Shown one piece after another: positions 1 through 13,391 of a DNA stretch of 64,000 bases. Position 1 is the stretch's first letter. The number at the start of each line of letters is the position of its first letter. Under the pieces are notes generated by a model. That model ran no database searches and had not been told where the DNA came from. It saw only the letters and a list, made by a program, of their open reading frames with translations. Made by a program: the position numbers and the translations under genes. The stretch is from assembly GCF_018977255.1 (NCBI RefSeq), contig NW_024704742.1, positions 64,668,001-64,732,000 on the forward strand. The letters run 5' to 3'. This DNA is from Callorhinchus milii. Its lineage: Eukaryota.

Positions 1-873
1 ATTGGAAAGAGACTCCATCTAGCAGCCTCTGCTCCCAGCCACAGAGGATCCACATGAATCATTGAGTTCTGATGGAGGAAAAAAAGACTGCAAGAGAAAA
101 CAAGTCTCCCCAGAGCACTCTTGTTCTTTTTTTAAAAAAAAGTTTGATAGCAGCAATGTACAAATGGTCAGATTCCTGGGGACTTGCATGGAGGGGTTAA
201 AAATGATTGTTGAAAGAACTAGTTTTCCAAGAAAGTGAAGAGACTCTTGAAATAATCTGCTTGGACACTAATATACAACAATAAGCAGGTCTTCCCTCTA
301 CTAGGATATGGTTTTAGCTATGACAATCAAGCTATGAAGCTTGCTTGCAAAACTGCAGCCTTTCTGTGAAGGCCTACTTTTAGGAAGAAGTTTTAATTTT
401 GCTGGGTCAAAGAATTATTCTAACTAATCACAAAATAATGCACCTCAGTCAATAATTTTGCAATCGCTGTTTGGATGTCTTGTAATATTCCAAAGAACCT
501 TGGCATGGCTGCAAATTGTGCAGCAGATATCTTCCATCTGGCTATTTGAAGAACATCCTCAATAAAGTGAAAAAATTGCCTTGGACGCCTGGGGATCCAA
601 CGACTCATGCCAGAGACTTCTTTCTTGGTTGCTCCTGGGGTGGGAGTAACTGATGAGTTACTGCAAGCTCCTTAATGGCATCAAAGACAGAAGAGTGCGA
701 GTACTAAGAATTTACAGATAGCAGGGCTTTCCAATAAGTGCCAGGACTATATCTATCTATCTCGCTGTGGAACTGACTGCAGCTCTTGTGAGAGCTCAAA
801 GAGTAGGAACCATCACATTAAGTGGCACTAAGCACTGACATAACAAGGTTAAACCCTCAACTTTCTGGATAAC

Positions 874-1050
874 AGTCAGCCTGGCTCAGTTGGCAGCACT
901 CTCACCTCTTAATCAGAGGTTGTGGGTTTAATATTTACATCAGCTACTTGAACTAACAGTCTACACCGACACTTCAGCACACGCTGTGGGAGCGATGCAA
1001 TGTCAGAGATGTTAACCAAGGTCCCGTCTGCCTGTTCAAGTGGGATTTAA
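874..1050 (+). mobile_element. Older shark-type DeuSINE (SacSINE1-like) 5' part
   Basis: tggctcagttggcagcactctcacctc...gttgtgggttt head and gatgttaacc.aggtcccgtctgcc body; related copies at about 6345-6640, 41590-41870, 42478-42682 and 54460-54950. Confidence 0.65.
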
Positions 1051-4000
1051 AAAGTAGAGTCAGGTGAGGGTGGGTATGATCGGTTCACAGAGCTTGGTAA
1101 GGGAAAGGGAAGAATTGGTACGTCTGGCAAGCAGGGAGTGAACATAGTCAAGCCTGGATGTGATAAATGCGTGAATGAGGATCTTGGCGGCTTGAGGGGA
1201 GACCGAGGTGGAACCGGGCGATGTTGCCGAGGTAGGGGAAGGCAGAACGGATCATTGCATAGATGTAGAGTTTGAAGGCTAGTTGAGGGTCGAACAGGAC
1301 ACCAAGGTTTCATACTGGCTGTGTGAGGTGGAGAGTACATCCATGACACTATACTGCAATGCCAGGGAGGACCACAGAAATCTTTTTTTGCTCTTCTTGC
1401 AAGCAAGTCCTGAATATAATACATTTATTATTTATTATTTATTATTTATTGTAGGTGCACAACTGTATTGTTTCCCTTCAGCATTCAGTAGTGCCTTGGG
1501 ACATCCTCCCGACGTGAAAGGCGCTATATAAATGTAATTTTGTTGTTGTTGTAGCTGGATTGTAATCTGTCCACACAGCAGTCGCAGATATTAATTTTTG
1601 TTTCCATGAAGTATCTTAATTTCTTCCACAGGACGAGTCCAACATTTATTTCGTGTGAAGCAACTACACACGTTCCTGCAGTAGATTCCATTTCAAACAT
1701 CTGATATTGGCAAAGGCCCAGTCAGAATCCAAGATTCACAAATATACAAGACAACCTGACAGTTGTGCCAAGAACTATATGCATTACCTCATTGCTGCCT
1801 GAGTACAAGTATACAGTACAGATGAAATTTCATCAACAAATCGTGCACACATTTTCTCCAGTTTGCATCATCCACCTGTTTCCACTTGTTGATCATTATG
1901 GTATTAACCTTTTCCAAATTAAACAATATTTGTCAGGCAACAAAAAACTGCACTAACGTAAGAAGCATTGTATGTTTAATGCTTGCACTAAATTCTGACA
2001 ATTTCAGACACTTCCACATATATTTACATGATTGAACTATGAAACAACAAACATGTGGACATTTTTGACAAAATGTAACTGTATTTCAGTCACTCTTCTT
2101 TAAAAAATTTTTAGGAATTTAAATTGACAATAAAATGGATAATTCTAACCCTAATTTTAAGAACGGGTCCATTACTCATTGATGTGAAGATTTTATATAT
2201 ACATATTCAATTATACTGCATCTGTTAAAATGTACATATCTCATGATTATGCCAAAAGCTAGAGAAGCAGGATCAAAAAGATCTGAAATACAATGCTGGC
2301 TATTAAGAATGAACACGTTAAGAGAGAAAGCTACACCTCCTTTTCCACGAGGTCAGGTTACACTGACCTATGCTGGCGCTGGGGAAAAACAACAGACAGA
2401 AGATCTGGGATCGCAACTGTCTCTTGGTAACTGACAGCTTAATTACTTTCATACAGCAATTTGATTCATACGCTTTGTAAGACATCCATAACGCCCATTT
2501 TGCCTACAATTGTTTAATCCATTAATCCTCACATTGTGGGCAGGTTCAGCAGCCTGGCAGGTTTTAGAAGTTTTAAACACCCGAATGAGCAGCTTAATTA
2601 CTAGAACCATAAAATAATATTTTTTTCTCTTAGATTATCCAATTTACTACTGAATAGACCATTGAGGCACTAAACCTACTTAAGTATCAGAAACATATCA
2701 ACCCTCTTAAACTGCCAAAAGCACAATTTAAGAAATGGCAGAGCAAACCTATACATATCTTGTGGCCCCTTTACCTAACCTATCCTTTCCTAACCCACCA
2801 AAAATAATCCCTACCCTTTGCTGTTTTTAATCTTTGCTGAGACTATCACCATGCATTTGATATGCAGAGTTGGTTTTCAACCAATGAGATCTCAGGTGTG
2901 AGCAGTTCCTTACAGCTTCAAAGTGGAGGACAGGGCTAAGAAAAGAATTGTAACTTTGAAATGCTTCCTGTGGGCTTGCACGACCCACTTTGCAGGCTAG
3001 AGCAACTTCTAGAACTTGGATTTCACTGGCTGAAAACCACACAAGAGAATTTTCATTAATGCAAATGAAAAGCCCAAGATCAGAAGGGTGAGCTAGTTGC
3101 GACAGAAGTGACACCGTCAACACATAAAATTATCCCAGAACATAGGAACTGGAGTAGGCCATTCAGCCCCTCGAGCCTGTTCCGCCATTCTAATACATCA
3201 TGGCTGATCTGTACCTCAACTCCAATTAACCTTTTGCCCCCACATCCCTTGACATCCTCACCTAACAAATATCTATCCACCTCAGTCTTGAAATTTAATT
3301 TAAAATTTGCATCTGCAGCATTTTGGGAGAAAGTTCCAGATTTCTAATATAATAATACCTAATAATATAATAATAGAATAGGGGAATGGTCAACGAGACT
3401 GGATACCAGAAGGAGGCTAGTCATCAGCCCCCAATCGAGAAATCAATGTTGACAGGTTTAAAGAATGGCATGAAAGACGTTACTCAACAGGGGGAAAAAA
3501 GAATTACATGGTGAGTTAGCTGCCAAATTAAGGTTGCTTAATGATGAAATAAAAATGACTGTAGATAAAAATAATTGTACTGTCTCAGGTGAAATTAACA
3601 GTTAAATTAACCAATAACTGCAATTTTTATTAAATCAAAGTTTATTGGGAAAAAATACATTTCTTAGGTAATTACCTTAGGTAATTGTCCAAATAATCCT
3701 CCTCACTAAACATCTCCCATTTCAATAACAATTTCAAATTTAATATGTACTTTATCAAAAGTTGCCAATTAAATTGTATTATTAATCTAAACAAGTACTA
3801 TTCTTGGACTAAAAAATTGACTAATTCAACAACTTTCACTTATCTTTCATGCAAAGTACTTAATAGAGATGGAGTGGGAGCGCGAGTTGTTTGGGAGATC
3901 GGATAGTAGGAGGGAGAGAGAGAGGTGACCAAAGAGATAGTTTTTCTTTAAAACAAATACGGAGGATGTGAGGCAGAGGGATTTTAGGAGTGTGCCAGAT

Positions 4001-4760
4001 TAGGGGCAACAAGGCTGAAATTCCCCCGCCAATGGTGATGCAGGAGACATGCAGCAACCTTGAGTTAATAGAGAGGAGGGAGTGGGAGATGAAATAGATC
4101 TAGATATGGAGTGGGGCAAGGGCATGGAGACATTTCATGGTGATAATGAGGATCTTGAAATTGATCCGCTGGGGAATAGAAAGCTAGTGGAGCCTAGTGA
4201 GTAAGGCAATAATGGTCTGGTCTCATGGAGCCCGGTGTGGTAAAGGATACAGGCTGCGTGGTAAAGATCACAAGATGGTGCTGCACATTAAATTGCACAA
4301 CAGGAAGTGATGGGCAGGATGAAGATTTGATACCCCAGGATGGGAGTGAAAATATGAACCACTCTGGGAGAGGCAGACAGGTATCCCACCAGCTACAGTT
4401 AGAGTTTTAAACACAGAGGCTTATAATTCAAGCAAAAATAAGGGTTTTGTGATTTATTATAAAGTACACGTTACAAGTGAAATATAAAACACCATGGGAC
4501 GTTTTCCTGACGTAAAAGGCGCTATATAAATATAAATTTGTATTATATTGCATAACTGGACAAAATATCTTCCTGAAATACAGAAGTAACCTCTACATTA
4601 CAATTTATCAGTGCAAATGGTATACAACAGCTCTATAAACTCTGCTTCTTAATTCAAAGCAGAGATGTACATCTACTCTTGCTACAGTGGACTGAGAAAT
4701 CAAAGTCAATTAAATACAACTGCATACATCACAACAGCATAAATAATGCAAATAGACACC

Positions 4761-5105
4761 CAGTCCTGTAGCTCAGTGGTTAGAGCACTCGCTTTGCGAG
4801 CGAGAGACCTGAGTTCAATTTCAGGCAGAGGGCGAAACCTTGGGCAAGTTTCCTTACTCCACACAGAGCCTAATAATAATCCCTCCAAAAAAACAAAACA
4901 ATAATCAATTGGTCATTTTCAATCTACGACTGTTTGTGGGACATTGCTGTGCGCAATTGGCTGCCGCGTTCGCCCACAAATATGCAGTCAATTCACTTTA
5001 CAATGTGTTCTGTGAAGCGCTTTGGGATGTCCTCCCGACGTGAAAAGCGCTATATCAAATGCAAATATAATAATTATTATTATTATATTATTGTTATTAT
5101 ATTAT
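4761..5105 (+). mobile_element. Young tRNA(Ala)-headed SINE, short subfamily, (ATT)n tail
   Basis: A box TAGCTCAGTGG, B box GTTCAATT, Deu-type body GTTTGTGGGACATTGCTGTGCGCAATTGGCTGCCGCGTT, L2-like tail. Confidence 0.9.
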
Positions 5106-5939
5106 ATTCAGGGGAACAGAATACAAAAGTACAAAGTTGTGTTAAATTTGTACAATTTGGTTAAACCATATTGTACTGTGTACAGTTCTGGTCACCATAA
5201 TACAAGATGGATATTGTGGCAATGGAGAGTGCAGTGTAGATTTACTAGGCTGTTACAAGGGATGAGAGATCTGGACTGGACAGGCTTATTATTTCCAATG
5301 GTGTAAGCTTGGACTTGCAGGATGTCATTTTTCTCACATAGCACTATAAACGTACTAATGAGGAAGTCTAGAACAATTTCAGGATTCAGCTTTACCTTGG
5401 TGAAAGCATCCACAGAAATACAACAAAAATACACCATGATATATATCCTCAAGCAGTTTGGATGTCCTGGCATGCAGGCAACTATTAACATTGAGTCTTT
5501 TTATTTTGCTACTTTAATCTTAGGTTAAACCTCAGCAAATGGAAAAAGCGATTTCATCTATAGCAAGGAGAGGTACATTAAAGCCACATTCCTATTTTAC
5601 AACCATCACTCTAGGTTGAATTTCTCATGAATATAAATACTGAATCACGAATAATGCTACTGAAAGAATCATAATTGTCTGATATGACAATTTCTAAGTA
5701 GATTCTATAAGGAGGAAATATGAAATAGGGAAACCTTACAGTGTCCTGACTTACCTTAACCATCCTAGGCTGACTCCTAGCCTGCTCCAATTGCAGATTG
5801 AGTCGGAGCAAAATTCCCACCAGTCTTCATGACGTACTTTATTTTCTCATTAAGGAATCCCGTAAGAAACGCGCATTAGACCTGTGTGACTGAAGTACAT
5901 TAGCCAACAAGTAGCAACGGTCTTGTTCGATTGACTTGC

Positions 5940-6144
5940 CTATTAATTCCACAATGCTGCCACTTCGAAGCCGGTTTGTGGTTTCATCTCGAGCAATGCT
6001 GACTCTGGTGATGCTGCCAGGAGTGGTTAGAGCCTGGAGGAGTTCAGGAGGAGGAGTACGAAACAGCTGCTGCAACATTTCCAGGGCAGCTGTTACCACA
6101 TTGTGGTCCCTGTGCTGGGTGTAGTGTAATGTTAATTCATAGGC
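5940..6144 (-). CDS. HTT: Huntingtin exon 9 (205 nt): [70 protein letters not shown] donor
   Basis: atacag acceptor; HTT homology ends at RSGSIVELI (Akt-site motif), followed by AG|GCAAGT. Confidence 0.93.
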
Positions 6145-8066
6145 CTGTATAAAGCAAAATATTATAATTAATTCCTCAAATTGTAGTAATTTTATTGACA
6201 ACAGAACATCAATTAACACAAGTTATGATAAATACATAAATACCACTAGCCTTGGGACATTCTCCTGACATGAAAGGCGCTATACAAATGTAATTTGTTG
6301 TTACCACTAATTGTAAAATCTTCTCCAAAAAAACCAGTTTTAAAGGTAGGCTCCACATCTGGACTTGAACTCATAGTCCAGGCTGGGGAGTGCCAAATTA
6401 TTAGATATAGCATCCTTCATTTGAGATTTTAGACCAGGGCTCTGTCTGTGTGTTCAGGTGGATGTAAAAGATCCCATAGCATTATTCAACAAGTTAAGGG
6501 AATTTCTCCACACAATCAACCAAATATTTTTTTAAAAAATTTAAATGTCTCTTTGCTGTGTGCAAAAAGACTACATGGTCACTTAACTTAATTATCTGTG
6601 AATGCTTTGAGATATTCTGACATGATCGGCATAATATCAAATTAAAAACTATATACTACATATACTATCAACAACTTACTCAATGGAAGTGATATAATAA
6701 ATGCTGACCCAGGCAATTAAACTTTTAAAATGGCATTTTATTTATTCTGGAGCAATATTCCTACTTTAAATATACCACAGGATGTCTGAAAATGTTAGGA
6801 AAAATCAGCAAGATAATTTTACCTTATGTAAATTCCAGAACTTTCTAGGTTATCTATTTGTTTATGATTATTTACTTACACAATCACATTTTACATCAAT
6901 AAAACGTTGTTTATTTATTGCCTGATTATCCCTTTCTCATTAAGTTAGATCCCATCTGCCTTGCCAGTTGAGGTGGATACAAAGGAGTTTCTATTTACGC
7001 GTCTGTACACAAGATCACAGGGTTCACGATTTAGCCGCGCATTGCAAGTGCAAACTAGCTATGCCAAGGTGTTTATTTAGCAATTTGTTATTCGGTTAGA
7101 GTCACAGAGAAAGAAATAGAAATTTTTTAAAAAGTGAAGAGACAAAACAAGGAAGTTAAAATTTAAGAGGGGAAGTCAGAAATAGACAGATTTAGAGACA
7201 CGGAAATCAAGGGGGGAAGGGGGCAGGAGACACACACACACTCGACAGAAGAAGTTTTTGGTTTATGCATACCAACCAGTTTTGAAAGGCCGATGGACCT
7301 GGATTACAAGTGTGGGTATTTTGGGATCCACAAATCAAGCATCCTATACGCAAACCCACATTATAACTGAGTTTACCTGTGTTTAATTTTTTTTTAAAAA
7401 GTCGACTCCCATGATGGAATTTAGTTGACCAAAGGAAAACATTGCTGCCGAAATACGAAACTTTCCCAAGCAGAAGAACAACTCAGATCCGGCTATCTAT
7501 CACAGAAGGGTAGTCTCGTCTCTAATACATGCCTACAGGCCACTTCTCTGGAAGATTAGGTCCAGTAAGTACAAGCCCCCCGACTTCCACAGCAAGAAGT
7601 TTTTAGAATCTTTACACCATGAATTATCACTTTTTACCTCAGACAATTTTCAACTTAACTCACTAAATTCCGATTAACTCCTTAAAAGTATCACATGGAT
7701 TTTATTAAATGCTTTTTGAAAATACTAATACACTCTAGTGAAGCATCACCTGAGCCAATAGAAAAGTGTGAAAATATGTGCCAAAAATTGCAGAGAGATT
7801 TGATGAATCTTGTGGGAAATTGCAGGGGGTTGATTGCTTTTGATTGGTGCTATTGAGGTACATTTTACTGCCGACCTACATGTTTTCACTTTATTGATAA
7901 AAACTAAACATAAGGAAATAACACATATTAGATTGTTGCAAAAAAAATTAATTGCTTCTTTAAGATGAACTGTGTGGCCCTTTGGGGGGGGAGGACTGGG
8001 GATGGGGGGAAACGACACCAGTGAGGCTACAGGAGCTCAGCACCTCCTGCCTCTCAGGGCCAGCAC

Positions 8067-8302
8067 CACACACACACACACTCACACACACACACTCAGA
8101 GACATACACATACATATAGAGACACACACACAGGCACTCACAAACACAGACACCCCCGCAGACACAGAGAGACACACAGACACAGATAGGTATACAAACA
8201 CAGAGACACAGACACTCACACATACATAGAGACACGCAGACACTCACACAGAGAAACACACACAGACACTCACAGAAACATAGACACACAGACACTCACA
8301 CA
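8067..8302. repeat. Compound (CA)n/(CAGA)n microsatellite in HTT intron 8
   Basis: Visible directly in the sequence. Confidence 0.9.
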
Positions 8303-9034
8303 GGCAATCGCAACAGTGAGGCCTCCGAGTGAAGCCCATTTGCCTCTTGTGCCGCACCTCGCATGCGTGTCGGAGCCTCCCCACCCACAGTGACATCAGG
8401 TAAACAGCGAGCAGCCCGCGTTTGTTTACAGCAGGCTTGTACCTGGGTGGGGGGGGGGGGGGTTTGGCAGGTTCAACAGAAAAAGTACAGCCGCACTTTT
8501 CTATTGGCCCAGAGCATGACCCATTTCCTCTAAATCCATGTTGAATACTCCTCATAGCTTCTATGCTCTTTAGATGAGCATTCATAGCATCCCACCTAAC
8601 AGTCTCAAACAACAACAAGATTACATTTGTATAGCGCCTTTCACATCGGGAGGATGTCCCAAGGCGTTGGACAGTGTTCAGCATTTCAACATATTCCCAC
8701 AAGACAGTAAAACCAATTTATGTATCACTGTTTTGTTTGGAAAGGTTAACATCTTGTTATACTGCAGGGCTCAGTTTGTGTTCATGGAGTTTCTCAAACC
8801 AGAGCCTCGTCACTCCATCAAGGATCCAATTGATTCCTTCAAATGTTTGAGTTTCTTCAGAACATGTACTACAGTAATAATCTCCTTGTTTTTAAGATCT
8901 GCTAGCAAAAGCTAGAATTAAAACTTGTGAAAATTGATGTGAATAATCTGACATTATTCACCTCATGATCTTCAATAATATCTCTTCTTCCTACTTTATC
9001 CTCCCAAAAAACACACCTGTCCTTCAGCACATAC

Positions 9035-9213
9035 CTGTATAAGTTGCTCCAAAGAAGGGGAGATTTCAGCTTCCTTCCGAGTCACACCAAAGCTGCCTCT
9101 CAGACTAGTATCCTTGACTTGTTGTCTCAGCAAAGGCATTAGATACCTGAGTGTAAGCATTACTCCTAGGATAAGTGGAGTAGGCCGATCTTCCTCCACG
9201 GGGACTAAAAATC
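9035..9213 (-). CDS. HTT: Huntingtin exon 8 (179 nt): [59 protein letters not shown]
   Basis: gctgcag acceptor and gtatgt donor; overlaps ORF 8996..9199. Confidence 0.95.
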
Positions 9214-10933
9214 CTGCAGCATTATAGAGAATAAAGGAATATAAATGTCAGATCTCAATACTTTCTCAGCTTTGTTGACACATTTCATTCCTCTAAATAA
9301 AGTAAAAGTGCTTTTACGTGCCACATTCTGTTCAGTTAATATGACGCAATAGCACTAACTGTTAGGCTAACCATCAGCATTAATGCGTTCCACATGTTAA
9401 ATTCTAGATAAGCCAGCAATTAGTCATGATCCCTTTGCAAAGTTACTATTAGTTTTACAAATTTAAGATGAACAAGGGGCTTGAAATTCTTCATGTTTGA
9501 TTGGCTTAAGAGCCATTTGGCTTCCAAATGAACAATTTTCAAAAATGCCACACAACCTGAAACTAAGATAAGCATAAGAACATAAGAAATATTAAAATGA
9601 TCATAGAACATGGTTACAGATGTAAACATTTTTTAAAAAATCTGTCAAAATAGCACAGGATGGATTGACAATTGTAAATATTATATCCACCTAATAGATC
9701 GACTGGCAAAGCATTAGTCATTTAATTAGGCCGTTGTCCCATTTTAGGTCTTGGCAATAATTAAATTACGTCATTGCAAAAACTGCAATTTAATTTTCTT
9801 GTGCAAGTAATTAGACATCCTCCCAAAAGCCCTTACGAAGCATCCAATAAGAAAAGGTTACTGCCCTTATAAATAATGGTGAGGTAATCACTCTTCGAAT
9901 CTGGTGCAAAGTCCAAAATGTAAGTTACTGGCATGATATAATTTCTTACAATTATCCCAACATGTCACAAGATTAGTTTTGATTTAGCTCACTTGAGCTC
10001 ATCCTTCCCCTGTGGGTATTGTGGAAAGATGAGATCCAGTGAGCTGTGTTGAAATATTATAAAAGTTATAATATCCCGGCCAGTGTCGCAAATCAGCACA
10101 ATGCATTTTACTAACAAAGTAACAGTGATCAAGTAAACAAGGCATTTCCATCACACATAATACTTGTACTACAATTTTAAACTATGAAGATATACAGTAT
10201 ATGCAAAGTAGCTATCTGGAGCTCCTCATTGTGTTTACACTATCAATTAATTTTTTATATCAATTGTCAATTTTTCATTTTCACATTCAGTATTGCTCAT
10301 CGAATCATTGTACTGTATTGCTTTATTCTTTCCTTCAATTTTCCCCTCATCTTTCCTGTCTAGTTTTTGTTGTCCATGAGCAAACCATTTCTCTTTAAGA
10401 GGCATGGTTAAGGCTACAGGATTGTTTTACCCAGCTAACACTGCCTCAGTCGCACCAATTCTTGGAACAAATCCCTCATCAAAAACTGGGTTGTCTTCTA
10501 GTCAGCATGACCTCCCGAGGACAAGACAGTGAAAGAAGATTAAGTCAGGAAGAGGAATTAGACACACGGTAAGGAAGAGATAAGTGAGTGTTTTGGCTTT
10601 GTGGTTATAAACGATATTAAAAAACACACAGAAAAGGACTATTACTATGCCTGGATGCATTTGCTCAGTAAAGCAGATAAGGTTTGCTTTGACCTCAAGT
10701 GCAAAATAATCTTGAATTCAAACTACAACCTTGCTTTCATCTTAAGTCCATTCTTCCCCTTCCCCATCAATCCAAATAGTATATTGTGCAATTTAATCAT
10801 TTGCATTTTAAAGGAACCATCTTTCCAAATACATGGGCCAGAGACGAATTTCTAAGCAGCTAAATCTCTACACCTCCAATTACCACAAAATACAGGTTTT
10901 AGCCGTGACATTTTTACTTCACACCAGTCTTAC

Positions 10934-11075
10934 CCAAAAGCACATTCAATAGCCAAGTGTAGAAATACTGGGTCCTTCTTGAATGCTGACAGATGACAAC
11001 AGCTGAACTGGCTGCAGTTCTCCGAATAGTTGGAGAACTCGATTTCAGGTTCCCAATAAACGTCTTCAACAACAT
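10934..11075 (-). CDS. HTT: Huntingtin exon 7 (142 nt): [47 protein letters not shown](G)
   Basis: ttcag acceptor and gtaaga donor; conserved [14 protein letters not shown] motif. Confidence 0.95.
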
Positions 11076-13252
11076 CTGAAATTTCAAAATTAAACACTTA
11101 ATTTCTCTTTGTGTTATACCCTACAGCTTTTTTTCCACATATGTGGTGTCAGGTCACTTGATGTCTTATCAATAGAATATTTTGGATTTAGATTCAATCT
11201 ACAAGCAAAGGCACCTATAATATATTCCATTTGATTCTGACAGAAGCAGGAAAAAGATAATCTAAAATGAAGAATAACTTTTCTATAGACAAGTGTAAAT
11301 GACAAAAACCCAGTATATTCAGTCCTCACTGTATCACAAGTATGAATACAACCCATGTGTGCTCCGACACTGCCACAGTGTGAATGGTGCTATATAAATG
11401 CAAGTTGTTGTTTCACTGTGGCCCACAGTAGTACTGCACACTTCCAGCACTGACTGGCCAGTGTCCTGTGCACAGCACACAGAAGGCCTTCCAGTTTTCT
11501 GCACAGTACTACACTCGTGTGCAGCATGGCCTAGTTAATTCATTGGTGACGTCATGATCCAGAGCTGCTGGCTGCACTATAGCTCGAACAGGAATAGATA
11601 GAATGCAGGGACTCCTTTCATGGACCCAAACTGTTGTTTTATAACAGGTTCTAAATATCTGGTATATTTATGTTGCATATTGCAAAGTGAAGGCTATTGG
11701 GAGGAAAAACATTACAAAATACAAAAACAGAATGGATGAAAAATACTAAGAGCTTCGAGCCTCAAATATGGCAATTCTTGCACTTTCAATTTCCGCTCCT
11801 TAATACTATATATATCTTACCCCAAAATGATCCCCTAGACAAATAGTCATTAAAAAAATTAATTTTAAAAAATGGACTAAAGTAAAATAGTTTTGCAAAA
11901 ACAATAACAAATTGCATTTATTTTGCCCCATTCATGTCGGAGAAATAACACTAAGTGATACAATTCGCAACCTACAGAATCCCTATGAAAGCTTTTAAAT
12001 CATATGGGACTCCTAAGCATCAAGAAAATACATTACATCATCTTCTAGATTTAGCTCATGATAGAATCCTGTAATCCCCAGACACCTGTAATAGTATGCT
12101 AGATATTCTGGTGTTTCTTAAGACTTTATTTGTAATGTTCACACCTTACCACAACATATCATCATCTTTGGGGGAAAGGAAAAAAAAGGGAAATCAATTA
12201 GATATTAAAACTACACTTTGGTGAGCTAATTGTTACTTGAATAACCCCATTAAATGAGGTCAATAAGATGTGCCCCTCAAGGGAAAGAGTGTGTATTCCA
12301 TTCAAAACAATCTATCTCTGGGATTTCCATGTGTAGGTGGGAAGCATGGAATTCTCAGTTTGGTTTGGACACTCTAAAGCATGGGGATGGGTTTTCGCAT
12401 GGGCTGACCATTTTCCAGCCGGGTCACTAGATAATGAACAGGAACAGAAATCTTGGCAGATTTTCCGTCCTCACTAACTCAAAACCAATTGTAAGTACCA
12501 CAACAAAATGTCCTCACAATCAAATAGCTTGCTGAACACTCAGTGGAGGTAGAGTATGCGTGAATAAGGGCCACTTGGGCGAGTTACTAGAAAGTGACCA
12601 GAACTCTGTTTTCCTGAATCAACTGCCTTCACAAAGATAGAAAACTAGTGGGGAAAACCCTTCAAGGGAGTCACCACGAATTAGCATTACGGAGCACAGA
12701 GCAAAGGAATTGAAAGCCTCTCTCAACATAAAAGAATCATAGTAAATTTAAACTACATTATAAAATATTGTAATTACCTTGAGATTGTAATTTAATCTCA
12801 AGTTTCAGATACCATTTCCTTAAACTTTCCTTGAAGTGCTCAGGGCCATAAATGTTGCTGCTTTTAAAACATTTATAAGCTACTTAAGTTATTCCGAGGC
12901 GATCAGGCACCGTAAACCACAATAAGGTTGCTGCCTTGAAAACCATTCCACTTATCAATTAAAGAAACATTGGGACCTTAAAATCTTATTTATCTTTTCC
13001 CACCTGAAATTAACATTACTGTGGCATTGCAGGCTAGTTTACGTTACACACAACATCCTGGGGGGAAGAAAATAGATTGTGTCCATGTTCACCAAAAATG
13101 CCATTCCTAATTTTGACTAAAAATATTTTTTTTCAGTTAGTCAGTTTCCAACATGTGGTAACCTATCACCATGTTTATGAGTAAAAGAAAGTAAAGAAAA
13201 TGATAGGTGAGCAAACAAAGACACTATTAACGGAAGTAGAAGATTACAGTAC

Positions 13253-13391
13253 TTTAATTTCACTGTCGTTTGCAAAGTTGCCCAGAGCTGCCATGATCTT
13301 CGGCACAGAATTGGCAAGCGTCTCCTGCACAGCTTCTTCTGGACGTTTGCTGATCCGAGCCAGACAGGGAAGTAGGTTCACAAGGTAAGGC
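13253..13391 (-). CDS. HTT: Huntingtin exon 6 (139 nt): [46 protein letters not shown]
   Basis: ctctttag acceptor and gtactg donor; lies within ORF 13244..13429. Confidence 0.95.

Noticed and set aside
2905..2950. Candidate HTT exon 10 (AGCCCTGTCCTC, 'SPVL')
   Set aside because: The flanking residues do not match the expected GGGSSCSPVL.RKQK and phase-compatible splice sites are missing; exon 10 was not found in the window.
7960..8295. Cys/Val-rich and Thr/His-rich ORFs
   Set aside because: Translations of the CA/CAGA microsatellite.
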